A DNA stretch of 64,000 nucleotides. It comes from a virus. Shown here in pieces: positions 55,291-64,000 of the stretch. The stretch covers positions 11,462-75,461 of the IMG/VR virus record IMGVR_UViG_3300043313_001099, one strand, 5' to 3'. The notes beneath the pieces are model-generated. The model was not told the origin of the DNA and made no database searches. It saw only the letters and a program-made list of their open reading frames with translations. Made by a program: the position numbers and the translations under genes. Position 1 is the stretch's first letter; every line of letters starts with the position of its first letter.

Positions 55291-56370
55291 ATGGCTATCA
55301 AGAGCCACGCGCCCTCTGGGGCCGTTCCGCCGCCCGTGGTCCTGATCGAGGGCGACACCGGAGCCGGCAAGTCCTGGGTCGCCGCCGAACTCTCCGCCTC
55401 CCCCCGCATCAGCCAGATGTACTGGTTGGAGCTCGGCCGCGAGACCACCGCCGAGCAGTACGGGAAGATCCCCGGCGTTAAGTACCAGATCCTCGACCCG
55501 GACGGCTCCGACGTGTGGGACCACTGGACGATCCTCGGCGCAATCAAGGACGTGTCCGCCGAGGCCGCCGCCGTCCGCAATGCCGGGGGCCAGCCGGTTG
55601 CTCTCACGATCGACACGGGCGGAGCCATCTGGGAGATGTACTCCGAGTGGGCCGACAACCGAGCCCGCTCCGGCAAGGCCATCGCGGAGGCCCTGTCCAA
55701 GGACCCCAACCACGAGTACACGATCGGGCACCAATACTGGAACGACGCCACGGCCAGGTGGCGCACCATCATGACCCTCCTCCTGAAGTTCCCCGGCATC
55801 GTGATCATCCTGAGCCGGGGCCAGGAGGTAACCGCGTTTGAGGGCGGCAAGCCGACCCGGCACAAGACGTGGAAGGTCGAGGGCCAGAAGGACCTGATCT
55901 TCGACGTGCCGATCTGGGTGCAGCTCACCCGCGACGGCAACCCCATGCTCAAGAAGCTCCGCGCCGTCGAGGGCGGCATCAAGCCGGGCGAGCGTGGCCG
56001 GGCGCTGCCGGGGTTCAGCCTGGAGTCCCTGATCTTCGACCTGTACGGCTGGGATCCGGACTCCAGCGGGCACCGGCAGGTCCGGCCGATGGTGGCCGGC
56101 GCTGCCGCGCCGCTGTCGGAGCGTGCGCTCCTGTTCTTGCAGCAGATCGAGGCGGAGACCGACGAGGAGGAGCTCCGCAAGCTGTACGCCGGGCTCAAGC
56201 CGGCGGTTGATGAGCAGGTGCTCACGGTGGACGAGGCCAAGCACCTCGCCGGGGTGGCCCGGAAGCGTAAGGCGGAGCTGGAGGCTGCCGCCCCGGCCGC
56301 GACGCCGGGCGCGGTGCACCAGGCATCCGCGTCGGTGGAGCTGGTGGGTGCCGGGGTGGGTGCGGGCTGA
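55291..56370 (+). CDS. P-loop ATPase, Sak4/AAA_24-like phage recombinase
   Basis: GDTGAGKS Walker A, LTIDT Walker B, KVEGQKDL. Confidence 0.8.
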   Translation: MAIKSHAPSGAVPPPVVLIEGDTGAGKSWVAAELSASPRISQMYWLELGRETTAEQYGKIPGVKYQILDPDGSDVWDHWTILGAIKDVSAEAAAVRNAGGQPVALTIDTGGAIWEMYSEWADNRARSGKAIAEALSKDPNHEYTIGHQYWNDATARWRTIMTLLLKFPGIVIILSRGQEVTAFEGGKPTRHKTWKVEGQKDLIFDVPIWVQLTRDGNPMLKKLRAVEGGIKPGERGRALPGFSLESLIFDLYGWDPDSSGHRQVRPMVAGAAAPLSERALLFLQQIEAETDEEELRKLYAGLKPAVDEQVLTVDEAKHLAGVARKRKAELEAAAPAATPGAVHQASASVELVGAGVGAG

Positions 56371-56412
56371 CCAGGGGTTAGTCGGACACGTCAGTCAAGT
56401 AACCCTGCGGAA

Positions 56413-56458
56413 GTAGTTGACACAAGGGCTAGTCAATCGCTAACCTTGTGTCAACTAC
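56413..56458 (+). promoter_or_regulatory. Repeated phage promoter P11 inside a 15-bp inverted repeat (GTAGTTGACACAAGG...CCTTGTGTCAACTAC)
   Basis: TTGACA-N18-TAACCT. Confidence 0.85.
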
Positions 56459-56486
56459 GCACCCCCTCCCCCGACAGGAGACCCCA

Positions 56487-58346
56487 GTGAGCTTCAAGCC
56501 GACTGCCGAGCAGGACCAGATTGTTGCTGCCGCCGCGACCGGCGCGGACCTCGTAATCGAGGCCGGGGCCGGTACCGGCAAGACCTCCACCCTGAAGCTC
56601 CTCGCCGCCGGCCGCCCCAACGGGCGCGGCCTGTACCTGGCCTACAACAAGGCCATCCAGGTCGATGCGCAGCGCAGCTTCCCCCGCAACGTCACCTGCA
56701 AGACCATCCACGCCCTCGCCTTCCAGACCGCCGCCCGCCCGTTCCTGAACGCCGGCCGGCAGCTCAACGGCGCGCGGGTACCCGCCGCTCAGGCCGCCCG
56801 GATCCTCGGCATCAACGAGCCGATCCAGGTCGCCACGGGCAAGGCCCCCCTCGCCCCGCAGCAGACTGCCCGCCTGGCCCTGGCCACGGTCAAGCGGTTC
56901 TGCCGCTCCGCCGACGCGGAGATCACCCGCTGGCACGTTCCGCCGGTGCCCGGCCTGACCGAGCACCCGGCCATCTGGCGCGCCTTGGCCGAGGCCGTGG
57001 TTCCCTTCGCCCGCAAGGCGTGGCAGGACCTTACCGCGCTGACCGGGGGCCGCCTCCGCTTCGAGCACGACATCTACCTGAAGCTCTACCAGCTCAGCGG
57101 ACCCGTCCTCGACTACGACTACATCCTGGTCGATGAGGCGCAGGACCTTAACCCCACGGTCAAGGCCATCGTGGACAACCAGACCCACCTCCAGCGGATC
57201 CTGGTCGGGGACCGGAGCCAGGCCATCAACGGCTGGAACGGCGCGATTGATGCGATGGAGCACTTCGACGGCAAGCGCCTCTACCTGTCGGAGTCGTTCC
57301 GCTTCGGGCCGGCCATCGCCGCCGAGGCGAACAAGTGGCTGGACATCCTCGGCGCGGATCTGCGGCTGACCGGCTCCGGACCGGCCGACTCCCGGCTGGG
57401 CACCCTGGATTTCCCCGACGCGGTGCTCTGCCGCACCAACGGCACGGCCCTGGCCGAGGTCATCGCCGCCACGGCGGCCGGCCGCCGGGTCGCACTGGTC
57501 GGCGGCGGAGACGAGATCGAGCGCCTGGCCCGTGCCGCCCTGGATCTCCAGACCGGCCGGGGCACGGAGCACCCGGAGCTGATGGCCTTCACGAGCTGGA
57601 ACGAGGTTGTTGAGTACGCCTCCGACGACGAGTCCGGATCGGACCTCAAGACCCTGGTCAAGATCGTGGAAGACCACGGCGCGGAGGATCTCATCCGCCT
57701 CGTCAAGGGGCTCACCGATGAGCGGTACGCGCAGGTCACGGTGTCCACCTCGCACAAGTCCAAGGGTCGGGAGTGGAACTCGGTTCGGGTGGCCGGCGAC
57801 TTCCGGGAGCCCAAGGCGACTGAGCAGAACCCGGACCCGGTGCTGTCCCGCGAGGACGCCATGCTGGCCTACGTCACGGTGACCCGCGCCAAGCTGATCC
57901 TGGACCGCGACGGACTGTCCTGGGTGGACCGCTGGGTACCGGGCAGCCCGGCCGCAACGCTCCGCGCCCTCCGCCCCGCCGCACCCGCCCAGCCGGCCGT
58001 GAAGCCGGCCGCCGCACCGGCCGAGAACATCACCCCGACCAGCCTGGAGGAGGACCTCAGCCCGGCCCTGGCCGCCGCCGTCATGGTGGAGACCGCCGGC
58101 GTGGTCAGCCCGCAGACCGGCCGCACCCTCCGCGCCGGCCTCGGCCCCCGCCTCCGCGACATGCCCGCCCACTGCCTCCGCTGCGGCTCCGAGCGCTGCT
58201 ACTGCGACCCGGAGATCGCCCGGACCCGCAGTGCGGCGCAGAGCTGGCCGATGGGCCCGGCCGGGCGGTACGCCTCGGAGCGCGCTGAGGCCCTCTACTG
58301 CTACGACTCGGAGACGGCGCTGGCGGTGTACCCCTATGTCGGGTAG
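56487..58346 (+). CDS. SF1 UvrD-like DNA helicase
   Basis: AGAGTGKT, LAYNK, DEAQD, VGDRSQAI, SFRFG, HKSKGREW, YVTVTRA. Confidence 0.93.
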   Translation: MSFKPTAEQDQIVAAAATGADLVIEAGAGTGKTSTLKLLAAGRPNGRGLYLAYNKAIQVDAQRSFPRNVTCKTIHALAFQTAARPFLNAGRQLNGARVPAAQAARILGINEPIQVATGKAPLAPQQTARLALATVKRFCRSADAEITRWHVPPVPGLTEHPAIWRALAEAVVPFARKAWQDLTALTGGRLRFEHDIYLKLYQLSGPVLDYDYILVDEAQDLNPTVKAIVDNQTHLQRILVGDRSQAINGWNGAIDAMEHFDGKRLYLSESFRFGPAIAAEANKWLDILGADLRLTGSGPADSRLGTLDFPDAVLCRTNGTALAEVIAATAAGRRVALVGGGDEIERLARAALDLQTGRGTEHPELMAFTSWNEVVEYASDDESGSDLKTLVKIVEDHGAEDLIRLVKGLTDERYAQVTVSTSHKSKGREWNSVRVAGDFREPKATEQNPDPVLSREDAMLAYVTVTRAKLILDRDGLSWVDRWVPGSPAATLRALRPAAPAQPAVKPAAAPAENITPTSLEEDLSPALAAAVMVETAGVVSPQTGRTLRAGLGPRLRDMPAHCLRCGSERCYCDPEIARTRSAAQSWPMGPAGRYASERAEALYCYDSETALAVYPYVG

Positions 58347-58908
58347 CGGCCTGCGGAGGATCTCCGCCAAGAAGCGCGCGGCCATGGAGGCTGCCGGGAT
58401 CACTCCCGGCAGCACCCTCCGCCGTACCGGGGGAATGGGGCGGGGGGCCGGAATCCGAGGGGGATCGGCCTCCCGCCCCGCCCGCCCAACCAGCACGGGC
58501 CGGAGCACCGGCCCTACCGACGCCACCGTGAAGCAGGTCCAGGCCCGGGACGGCCACCGCTGCGTGTCCTGCGCCGCACCGGCTACCGGCGCACGCGGCC
58601 GGGACTGGTCCGTACAGCACCGCGTAGCGCGGGGAGCTGGCGGCACGAGCCGCGCCGAGCTGAACCTCGCCGGCAACCTCGCCCTCCTCTGCGGCTCCGG
58701 CGTCACCCGCTGCCACGGCCGCGTCGAGCGCCGGGGAGCGGCCGACCGGCACGCCGGCTACTGGCTGCACCGGGACACCGCCGGCCGGCCCACCGACCCG
58801 ACCCGCATCCCGATTCGGCACGCCCTCCACGGCTGGGTCCTACTCGACAACCAGGGCGGCTGGACCGCCACCGACCCACCCGCCCCCGAGGAGGAGCCGT
58901 GCGCCTGA
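58336..58908 (+). CDS. HNH endonuclease-like protein
   Basis: RDGHRCVSC...QHR...NLALLCG...CHGRVE. Confidence 0.8.
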   Translation: MSGSGLRRISAKKRAAMEAAGITPGSTLRRTGGMGRGAGIRGGSASRPARPTSTGRSTGPTDATVKQVQARDGHRCVSCAAPATGARGRDWSVQHRVARGAGGTSRAELNLAGNLALLCGSGVTRCHGRVERRGAADRHAGYWLHRDTAGRPTDPTRIPIRHALHGWVLLDNQGGWTATDPPAPEEEPCA

Positions 58909-59327
58909 TCGTTGCCGCGTCGACAAGCTGGGACCGGGGAGACGTGATCTGGCAGTGCCTCGACATCCTGGCCGCCCGGCTCGCGGAGTCCGGGGAGCGC
59001 TACCTCACCGTGGTCCACGGCGACACCCCGCCGAGCAAGCGCGGACCCTCCGGCGACGCCTCCGCCTCCCGCTGGGTGACCCGCGCCATCAAGCCGGCCG
59101 GCATCGTCGTCCGGCAGGAGCGGCACCCCGCGCGGGGCCGCACCTGGGCCAGGAATCAGCGCATGGCCGACATGGGGGCCGGCATGATGCTGGCCTTCCA
59201 GCGCGGCGGCTCCCGGGGCGTGGCCGACATGATCGAGCGCGCCGAGAAAGCGGAGATCGTCGTCAAGGTGGTCCGGTACGAGGACCTGGGTGAGCTGTTC
59301 AGCGACGACCTGAGGGCGGCGGCATGA
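58899..59327 (+). CDS. SLOG-superfamily (YspA/DUF2493-like) protein
   Basis: VVHGD...GD, RNQRMAD, LAF...SRG..DMI motifs. Confidence 0.8.
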   Translation: MRLIVAASTSWDRGDVIWQCLDILAARLAESGERYLTVVHGDTPPSKRGPSGDASASRWVTRAIKPAGIVVRQERHPARGRTWARNQRMADMGAGMMLAFQRGGSRGVADMIERAEKAEIVVKVVRYEDLGELFSDDLRAAA

Positions 59328-59944
59328 GCACCCTGTTCGGCCTTCCGCCCGGCCGCCGCGCCCGCCCCGGCCGCCCCGCCCCACGAGCCGCTGGAGCGCC
59401 AGTACGCCGCGCCGTAGTTCGGTACCCGGCCGGCCTCCGCCTGTCCGCTGAGGTGACCGTGAACGGCGCGCCGTGGCTACTGGCCCGGGAGACCACCGAC
59501 CCGGAAGTGGTGGCGAGCCTGGTCCTGCCGGGCAACCCGGCCCCCAAGGAGCGACCCCGCCATGGACAGGGCCACACCTTCACCCCCCGCAAGACGCGCG
59601 ACGCCGAGGAGACGGTGGCCTGGACGTTCCGGCAGGCCCGGCCCGACTGGCAACCGGATCCGGTGTCCGCGTTCGGGGTGGCCATCCTGTTCGCCGCCTC
59701 AGACTTCATCCGCCGCGACGCCGACAACCTGCTCAAGCTGCTCCTGGACGCCCTCAACAAGGTGGTCTGGCAGGACGACGCGCAGGTAGTCGAGTTCTCC
59801 GTACGGCTGGAGCGCGGCCAGCCAACCGGCCGGACCGTCGCCGTGCTGTACCGACTCCCGGAGCCGGCCCCGGTGCCGGCCCGGCCCACCCCCACTCGGA
59901 GAGGAGGACGCGCCGCAGAGAACCTGGCCGCGCTGCTTCCGTAG
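59324..59944 (+). CDS. rusA: RusA-family Holliday junction resolvase
   Basis: PAPKERPR and DADNLLKLLLDALNKVVWQDDAQV. Confidence 0.92.
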   Translation: MSTLFGLPPGRRARPGRPAPRAAGAPVRRAVVRYPAGLRLSAEVTVNGAPWLLARETTDPEVVASLVLPGNPAPKERPRHGQGHTFTPRKTRDAEETVAWTFRQARPDWQPDPVSAFGVAILFAASDFIRRDADNLLKLLLDALNKVVWQDDAQVVEFSVRLERGQPTGRTVAVLYRLPEPAPVPARPTPTRRGGRAAENLAALLP

Positions 59945-59984
59945 CGCGGGCCCGCAACACAACTCCCCCGACAGGAGAAGAACC

Positions 59985-60626
59985 ATGATCCAAGTACCAC
60001 ACGTCGAGCTGACGGGCATGCTGGCCGACGCCGCCCTGTTTGCCTGCGAGGACAAGGACCTCACCACCTACTACGGGGTGCGGCTCTCCTGGGACGGCAG
60101 CCGCATCAACGCGCAGGCCACCGACCTCACGGCCGCAGCCTGGGTGCAGTGGGATCCCACGGACTCCCCGGACACCGACCAGCAGGAGACGCTGGACACC
60201 AACTGGGGCGGCGCGGACGACCCGTGGGCGCTGACCATCCCCATGGCCGACGTAAAGGCCATCATCTCCGGATTCAAGCGCCCGGCCTCCCGGGGCTGGA
60301 CGCCGCTGCACCTGGACTTCGACGGCCGGTACCTGAAGCTGTCCCGCACCCGGGGACCGGGCTCCACGGCGATGAGCATGGAGACCGAGGCCATCCTCGA
60401 CGGAATGTCCGACCTCCGCGACCACTTCGAGAAGCTGGCCGAGTCGCGGGAGACCCGCGAGATCGCACTCAGCGCCCGCTACCTGGGGAAGCTGGGCGCG
60501 GTACGGATGCGCGGACCCGTCAGCTTCGCGTTCTACGGAGCCGAGCGGTCCCCACTCATCACCGTGGGGGACAGGTTCTCCGCCGCCATCCAGCCGGTAC
60601 GCCCCGGCGACGGGCCGGCCCAGTGA
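59985..60626 (+). CDS. Beta-sliding-clamp-like (DnaN-fold, truncated) protein
   Basis: GVRLSWDGSRINAQATD and IALSARYL motifs; C-terminal AAIQPVR. Confidence 0.65.
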   Translation: MIQVPHVELTGMLADAALFACEDKDLTTYYGVRLSWDGSRINAQATDLTAAAWVQWDPTDSPDTDQQETLDTNWGGADDPWALTIPMADVKAIISGFKRPASRGWTPLHLDFDGRYLKLSRTRGPGSTAMSMETEAILDGMSDLRDHFEKLAESRETREIALSARYLGKLGAVRMRGPVSFAFYGAERSPLITVGDRFSAAIQPVRPGDGPAQ

Positions 60627-60895
60627 CCGACTCGGGCCCGGAAGCAGTCACGGCGACCGTGTACCGGCGGCTCTGTGCCGCACAGCAGGGCCGCCTCCGC
60701 CGGACCTCGGGGGGAGTCGACACCCTCTCCAACAACCGGTCACAGACCCGGATCACGGGAGTCTCCGACCTGGAGACGGCCGGCCTCCTCGTCATGACCC
60801 CCTCCGGCAAGTGGCGCACCACTGCCGAGGGCGACCAGGCCGCCGAGCGGTACCGGACCGCACACCACGCAGCCGTCACCATCCGGGCTGCCTGA
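60623..60895 (+). CDS. Small winged-helix-like protein
   Basis: GTGA coupling; LETAGLL...WRTTAEG. Confidence 0.62.
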   Translation: MTDSGPEAVTATVYRRLCAAQQGRLRRTSGGVDTLSNNRSQTRITGVSDLETAGLLVMTPSGKWRTTAEGDQAAERYRTAHHAAVTIRAA

Positions 60896-60928
60896 CCCAT
60901 CCCCCATCCAGAAAGCGAGGTACCCGCA

Positions 60929-61390
60929 GTGTCGGGCGAAACCGTCATCACCGTAGTCGGCAACCTGACCGATGATCCGGAGCTCCGTTTCACGCCCTCG
61001 GGCGTGGCGGTCGCCAAGTTCCGCATCGCATCCACGCCCCGCTCCTTCGACAAGGCGAGCGGCGAGTGGAAGGACGGCGACCCGCTGTTCCTGCCCTGTT
61101 CGGTGTGGAGGCAGGAGGCCGAGAACGTGGCTGAGTCCCTCGTCCGGGGCTCCCGGGTCATCGTCCAGGGTCGACTCACGCAGCGCAGCTACGAGACGAA
61201 GGAGGGGGAGAAGCGCACCGTCTACGAGTTGCAGGTGGACGAGATCGGACCTTCCCTCCGCTACGCCACGGCCAAGGTCAACCGCATGAGCCGCTCCGGC
61301 AGCAGCGCCGGTCAGCAGCGGCCGGGCGGTCGGGATCAGGCCGACCAGTGGGCCAGCGGCGGAAACTTCGATGACGAACCGCCGTTCTAG
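60929..61390 (+). CDS. ssb: Single-stranded DNA-binding protein
   Basis: [19 protein letters not shown]...DEPPF, actinobacterial SSB. Confidence 0.97.
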   Translation: MSGETVITVVGNLTDDPELRFTPSGVAVAKFRIASTPRSFDKASGEWKDGDPLFLPCSVWRQEAENVAESLVRGSRVIVQGRLTQRSYETKEGEKRTVYELQVDEIGPSLRYATAKVNRMSRSGSSAGQQRPGGRDQADQWASGGNFDDEPPF

Positions 61391-61457
61391 CCGAACCACG
61401 TCGACCGGCCGGGGGCGCACCTCCGGCCGGTCGGCCGGCCTGATCCTGTGCTGCCCG

Positions 61458-61631
61458 ATGCCGAGCTACGCCCCGGACGGAACGGTCGGGATGGTGTGGA
61501 CGAAGCACGCCACCGGCGACCCGCTCCCCTGCCGGATCTGCCGCCGCAAGGCCATCTGCCGTGACTGTCAGAACCGTCCGTGTCACAAAGTGTGCGCGGA
61601 GCGGGAGCTCCAGCAGACGGCACGCCGGTAG
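61458..61631 (+). CDS. Small Zn-finger protein
   Basis: CRIC...HKVCAE; start uncertain. Confidence 0.55.
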   Translation: MPSYAPDGTVGMVWTKHATGDPLPCRICRRKAICRDCQNRPCHKVCAERELQQTARR

Positions 61632-61641
61632 ACCCCGCTAA

Positions 61642-61670
61642 TTGACACTCGCTATAGGCGCGGTTAACCT
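61642..61670 (+). promoter_or_regulatory. Repeated phage promoter P12 (TTGACA-N17-TAACCT) for replication genes
   Basis: Consensus match. Confidence 0.8.
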
Positions 61671-61714
61671 AACGGAACCTACGCCTATCATCCCCCGAAC
61701 GGAGATATCCCGAC

Positions 61715-62566
61715 ATGCCGTGGGGCAAGCTGGACGACGGATTTGACGAGAACCGAAAGGTGCTCGCACTCCTGGCAGACAACGCCGGAGACGACGCCAC
61801 ACGGCTCATCGTCGGCTCCGCCATAGGAATGTGGACCCTCTGTCTCTCGTGGGCCAACCGCAACACCCGCAAGCGGGGGCGCACCCCCGGCCTGCTGCCG
61901 CCGGGGCTCCCCGGCCGCCAACTGCCACTGAGCGCTCCGATGATGGAGAGCGTCATCGGCCTACTCGTCAAGCACGGACTGTGGATCGCCTACCCGGACG
62001 GGAGCTGGTCAATCTCTGGTTTCGCTAAGTCCCTTCCTACCGCCCAGACCATCGAGGCCCGCCGCAACGCCGGGGCGCGCGGTGCCGCCTCCCGCTGGGG
62101 CAAGCCGATGCCGCCGGACCAGGACGCCCTACCGGTCAGCATCAGCAGCCCCCCGGCAACGGCCGTACCCGCCACCCCGCCTGCTCGGGCGAGCCGGGCC
62201 AGGGTGCCGGAGCCGGACCGCGCCGACGTGGACAAGGTGTGTGCCGCTCTCGCGGACGCCATCGTTGCCAACGGCTCCAAGCGGCCCACCATCACACAGG
62301 AATGGAAGCGGCAGGCCCGCTTCCTCATCGACCAGGATGGCCGCACTCCGGAGCAGATCCTCAACGCGATTGCCTGGTGCCAGACCGACCTGTTCTGGCG
62401 CGGCAACATCCTGTCGATGCCCAAGCTCCGCGAGAAGTACGACCAGCTCCGCCTCGCGGCACAGGCGAAGGGCGGCAGCAAGCTCAAGGGCCAGGACACC
62501 CGCGCAACCAACACCCCGGACGCAATTGACTGGGATGACCCTGCTCTCCTGGCTGGCTCGGCATGA
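61715..62566 (+). CDS. Phage replication initiator (lambda O-like)
   Basis: MPWGKLDDGF...AIGMW N-terminus; FWRGNILSMPKLREKYDQL C-terminus; upstream of the DnaC-like gene. Confidence 0.85.
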   Translation: MPWGKLDDGFDENRKVLALLADNAGDDATRLIVGSAIGMWTLCLSWANRNTRKRGRTPGLLPPGLPGRQLPLSAPMMESVIGLLVKHGLWIAYPDGSWSISGFAKSLPTAQTIEARRNAGARGAASRWGKPMPPDQDALPVSISSPPATAVPATPPARASRARVPEPDRADVDKVCAALADAIVANGSKRPTITQEWKRQARFLIDQDGRTPEQILNAIAWCQTDLFWRGNILSMPKLREKYDQLRLAAQAKGGSKLKGQDTRATNTPDAIDWDDPALLAGSA

Positions 62567-63408
62567 ACCACGGAGACATCCCCATCGATCCGGGCGAGGA
62601 CCGTGACGGGTACCTGATCGCCCGCAACTCCGCCGTCACGGACGCCCGCCTGGCCCGCATTGCCGCCGGATTCGTCGGCGCGACCACAGACCACAAGGAC
62701 GTACTCCGCTGGGTGGCCGCCGTACTGGAGGACCCGACCGAGGCTCCGTGGTTGTACCTGTGTGGCCCGGTCGGCACCGGCAAGACTCACGCTGCCGTGG
62801 CCGCCCTCCGGCTAGCCATCCGCGTACCGCGCGCCGTCCGCTGGGAACTGACCACCCTGTCCGGGCTCCACGAGGCCCGCCGCCTGGCGCAGGGTCGCCG
62901 CAACCGGGGAGACGACGAGGGGGCGCAGGCCGCCCTCTACGAGCGGGCAGACCTCCTGGTCCTGGATGACCTCGGCATGGTGCGGGAATCGAACGACTGG
63001 GCACTGGAAGAGCTGTGGCGTCTGGTCGACTACCGCCGCCGCAACTGGCTGCCAACGATCTTCACCGCCAACTTCCCTACCGCCAGCCTGCGTACACACT
63101 TCAGCGAACAGATCGAGTCCCGCGTCATGGAGCACTGCATCGTGGTGTCCATGACGGGGGAAGACCGCCGGCGTGCACCGCACCAGCGCCGGCCTCGTCC
63201 GACTCCGGCCCCGCCGCCGCCGGACACCCCGGATCGGCGGACGGACGTGAAAGAGCTCCTGGCCCGCTTCGGGGCGGAACTCCCGCCCGGCCGTCCGGAC
63301 CAGCTCCGCTACGGCACCGCCCACTGGGAACGGCTGAGACGCCGCGACCGGCAGTCAGCGGAACCGCTCAACCCGGCCTACCTGGATCGCATCGCACGCG
63401 GCCAGTAG
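62563..63408 (+). CDS. DnaC/IstB-like helicase loader ATPase
   Basis: GPVGTGKTH, LLVLDDLG, PTIFTAN, SRVME. Confidence 0.92.
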   Translation: MNHGDIPIDPGEDRDGYLIARNSAVTDARLARIAAGFVGATTDHKDVLRWVAAVLEDPTEAPWLYLCGPVGTGKTHAAVAALRLAIRVPRAVRWELTTLSGLHEARRLAQGRRNRGDDEGAQAALYERADLLVLDDLGMVRESNDWALEELWRLVDYRRRNWLPTIFTANFPTASLRTHFSEQIESRVMEHCIVVSMTGEDRRRAPHQRRPRPTPAPPPPDTPDRRTDVKELLARFGAELPPGRPDQLRYGTAHWERLRRRDRQSAEPLNPAYLDRIARGQ

Positions 63409-63461
63409 GCGTACCACCCGCACCAACCCACCATCCCCCGCACTCCATGAGGAGCCCTGCT

Positions 63462-63785
63462 GTGTTCTACCTGCTCTCCCCCGATGACACGATCACCCGC
63501 ACCGAGGACCGCGACGCCTGGGACCGCAACCTTCAGGAGCGCGGCATCCTCCTGGAGACCACGAGCGAGAGCCTCGGCTACCTCGTCACCGTCCGCACCG
63601 AGTTCCTCGGCCAGGACCCGGACGACGCCAAGCGCCCGCCCCTCCTGTTCCGCACCACCGTGACCGGCGGACGCTTCAACGGCCGCACCTGGCGCTGCGC
63701 CTCCCCCGCCTTCGCCCGCCGACACCACCGCCGCGTCTCCTTCGCCGTGAGCACCGACCACGACCCGGACGGAGGTGCCCGGTGA
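63462..63785 (+). CDS. Hypothetical protein
   Basis: GAGGAG RBS; VRTEFLG...PLLFRTTV motif. Confidence 0.68.
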   Translation: MFYLLSPDDTITRTEDRDAWDRNLQERGILLETTSESLGYLVTVRTEFLGQDPDDAKRPPLLFRTTVTGGRFNGRTWRCASPAFARRHHRRVSFAVSTDHDPDGGAR

Positions 63786-63964
63786 GCCTCCGCCCCCCGC
63801 ACCAGCGCACGGTCGGCATGCTGGCCCGCAAGGGGTACCCGCCCGGCCTGGCCATCCGGGTGGTCAAGGAAGCGCTGGCGAGCGCCCCGGACGCTGGGTT
63901 CCTGGACGACATCGATCCCGATGCGTCGGTCGAGTTGCTGGGCGAGGATCATCCGATCGACTGA
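63782..63964 (+). pseudogene. recX: RecX C-terminal fragment (last helical repeat) behind a short unrelated N-terminus
   Basis: VGMLARKGYPPGLAIRVVKEAL matches the actinobacterial RecX C-terminal motif; only 60 aa. Confidence 0.7.
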
Positions 63965-64000
63965 TTCGTCACCCGGACGTCCGGTCGATGGGTACTCATC

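Larger units (their letters stand above)
1..63800. mobile_element. Actinobacterial siphovirus-type temperate phage/prophage (left end outside window)
   Basis: Contiguous packaging, head, tail, lysis, accessory and replication modules; high GC; abrupt switch to RecX-like coding sequence near 63800. Confidence 0.93.

Noticed and set aside
56451-58706. 751-aa minus-strand ORF
   Set aside because: Antisense to the UvrD helicase and HNH genes
1-64000. DGR, retron, integrase, ParA or CI repressor
   Set aside because: No reverse transcriptase, tyrosine or large-serine integrase, deviant Walker A ParA or Xre-peptidase motifs recognised in the ORF set; they may lie outside the window

Overview
Almost the whole window is one high-GC actinobacterial siphovirus-type temperate phage. 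It is probably a prophage, and its right end runs into what looks like the 3' end of a host recX gene. The left arm (minus strand, 1-28.7 kb), in transcription order, holds ParB-like and ParB-methyltransferase genes, TerS/TerL, portal, MuF, protease-scaffold, capsid cement, major capsid, a repeat-rich fibre module, head-tail connectors, major tail, frameshifted tail chaperones, tape measure, Dit and minor tail proteins, a GH26-like tail protein and an expanded lysis cassette. The middle (28.7-55 kb) is an accessory region of many small genes. These are organised as cassettes behind at least 12 related TTGACA-N17/18-TAACCT promoters, several carrying an operator-like palindrome, plus a shared CCCCGACAGGAG leader. 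The middle also contains an atypical tRNA-like RNA, a serine resolvase with a res-like site, a MazF/PemK toxin-antitoxin pair and four dispersed arrays of 11-bp-phased TTGCCAT repeats, the largest flanked by AT-rich DNA (ori-like). The right arm (plus strand) encodes a Sak4-like ATPase, UvrD-like helicase, HNH, SLOG, RusA, beta-clamp-like protein, SSB, replication initiator and DnaC-like loader. No integrase, canonical CI repressor or ParA is recognisable in the window. All function calls come from motifs and synteny read by eye; no database searches were run.
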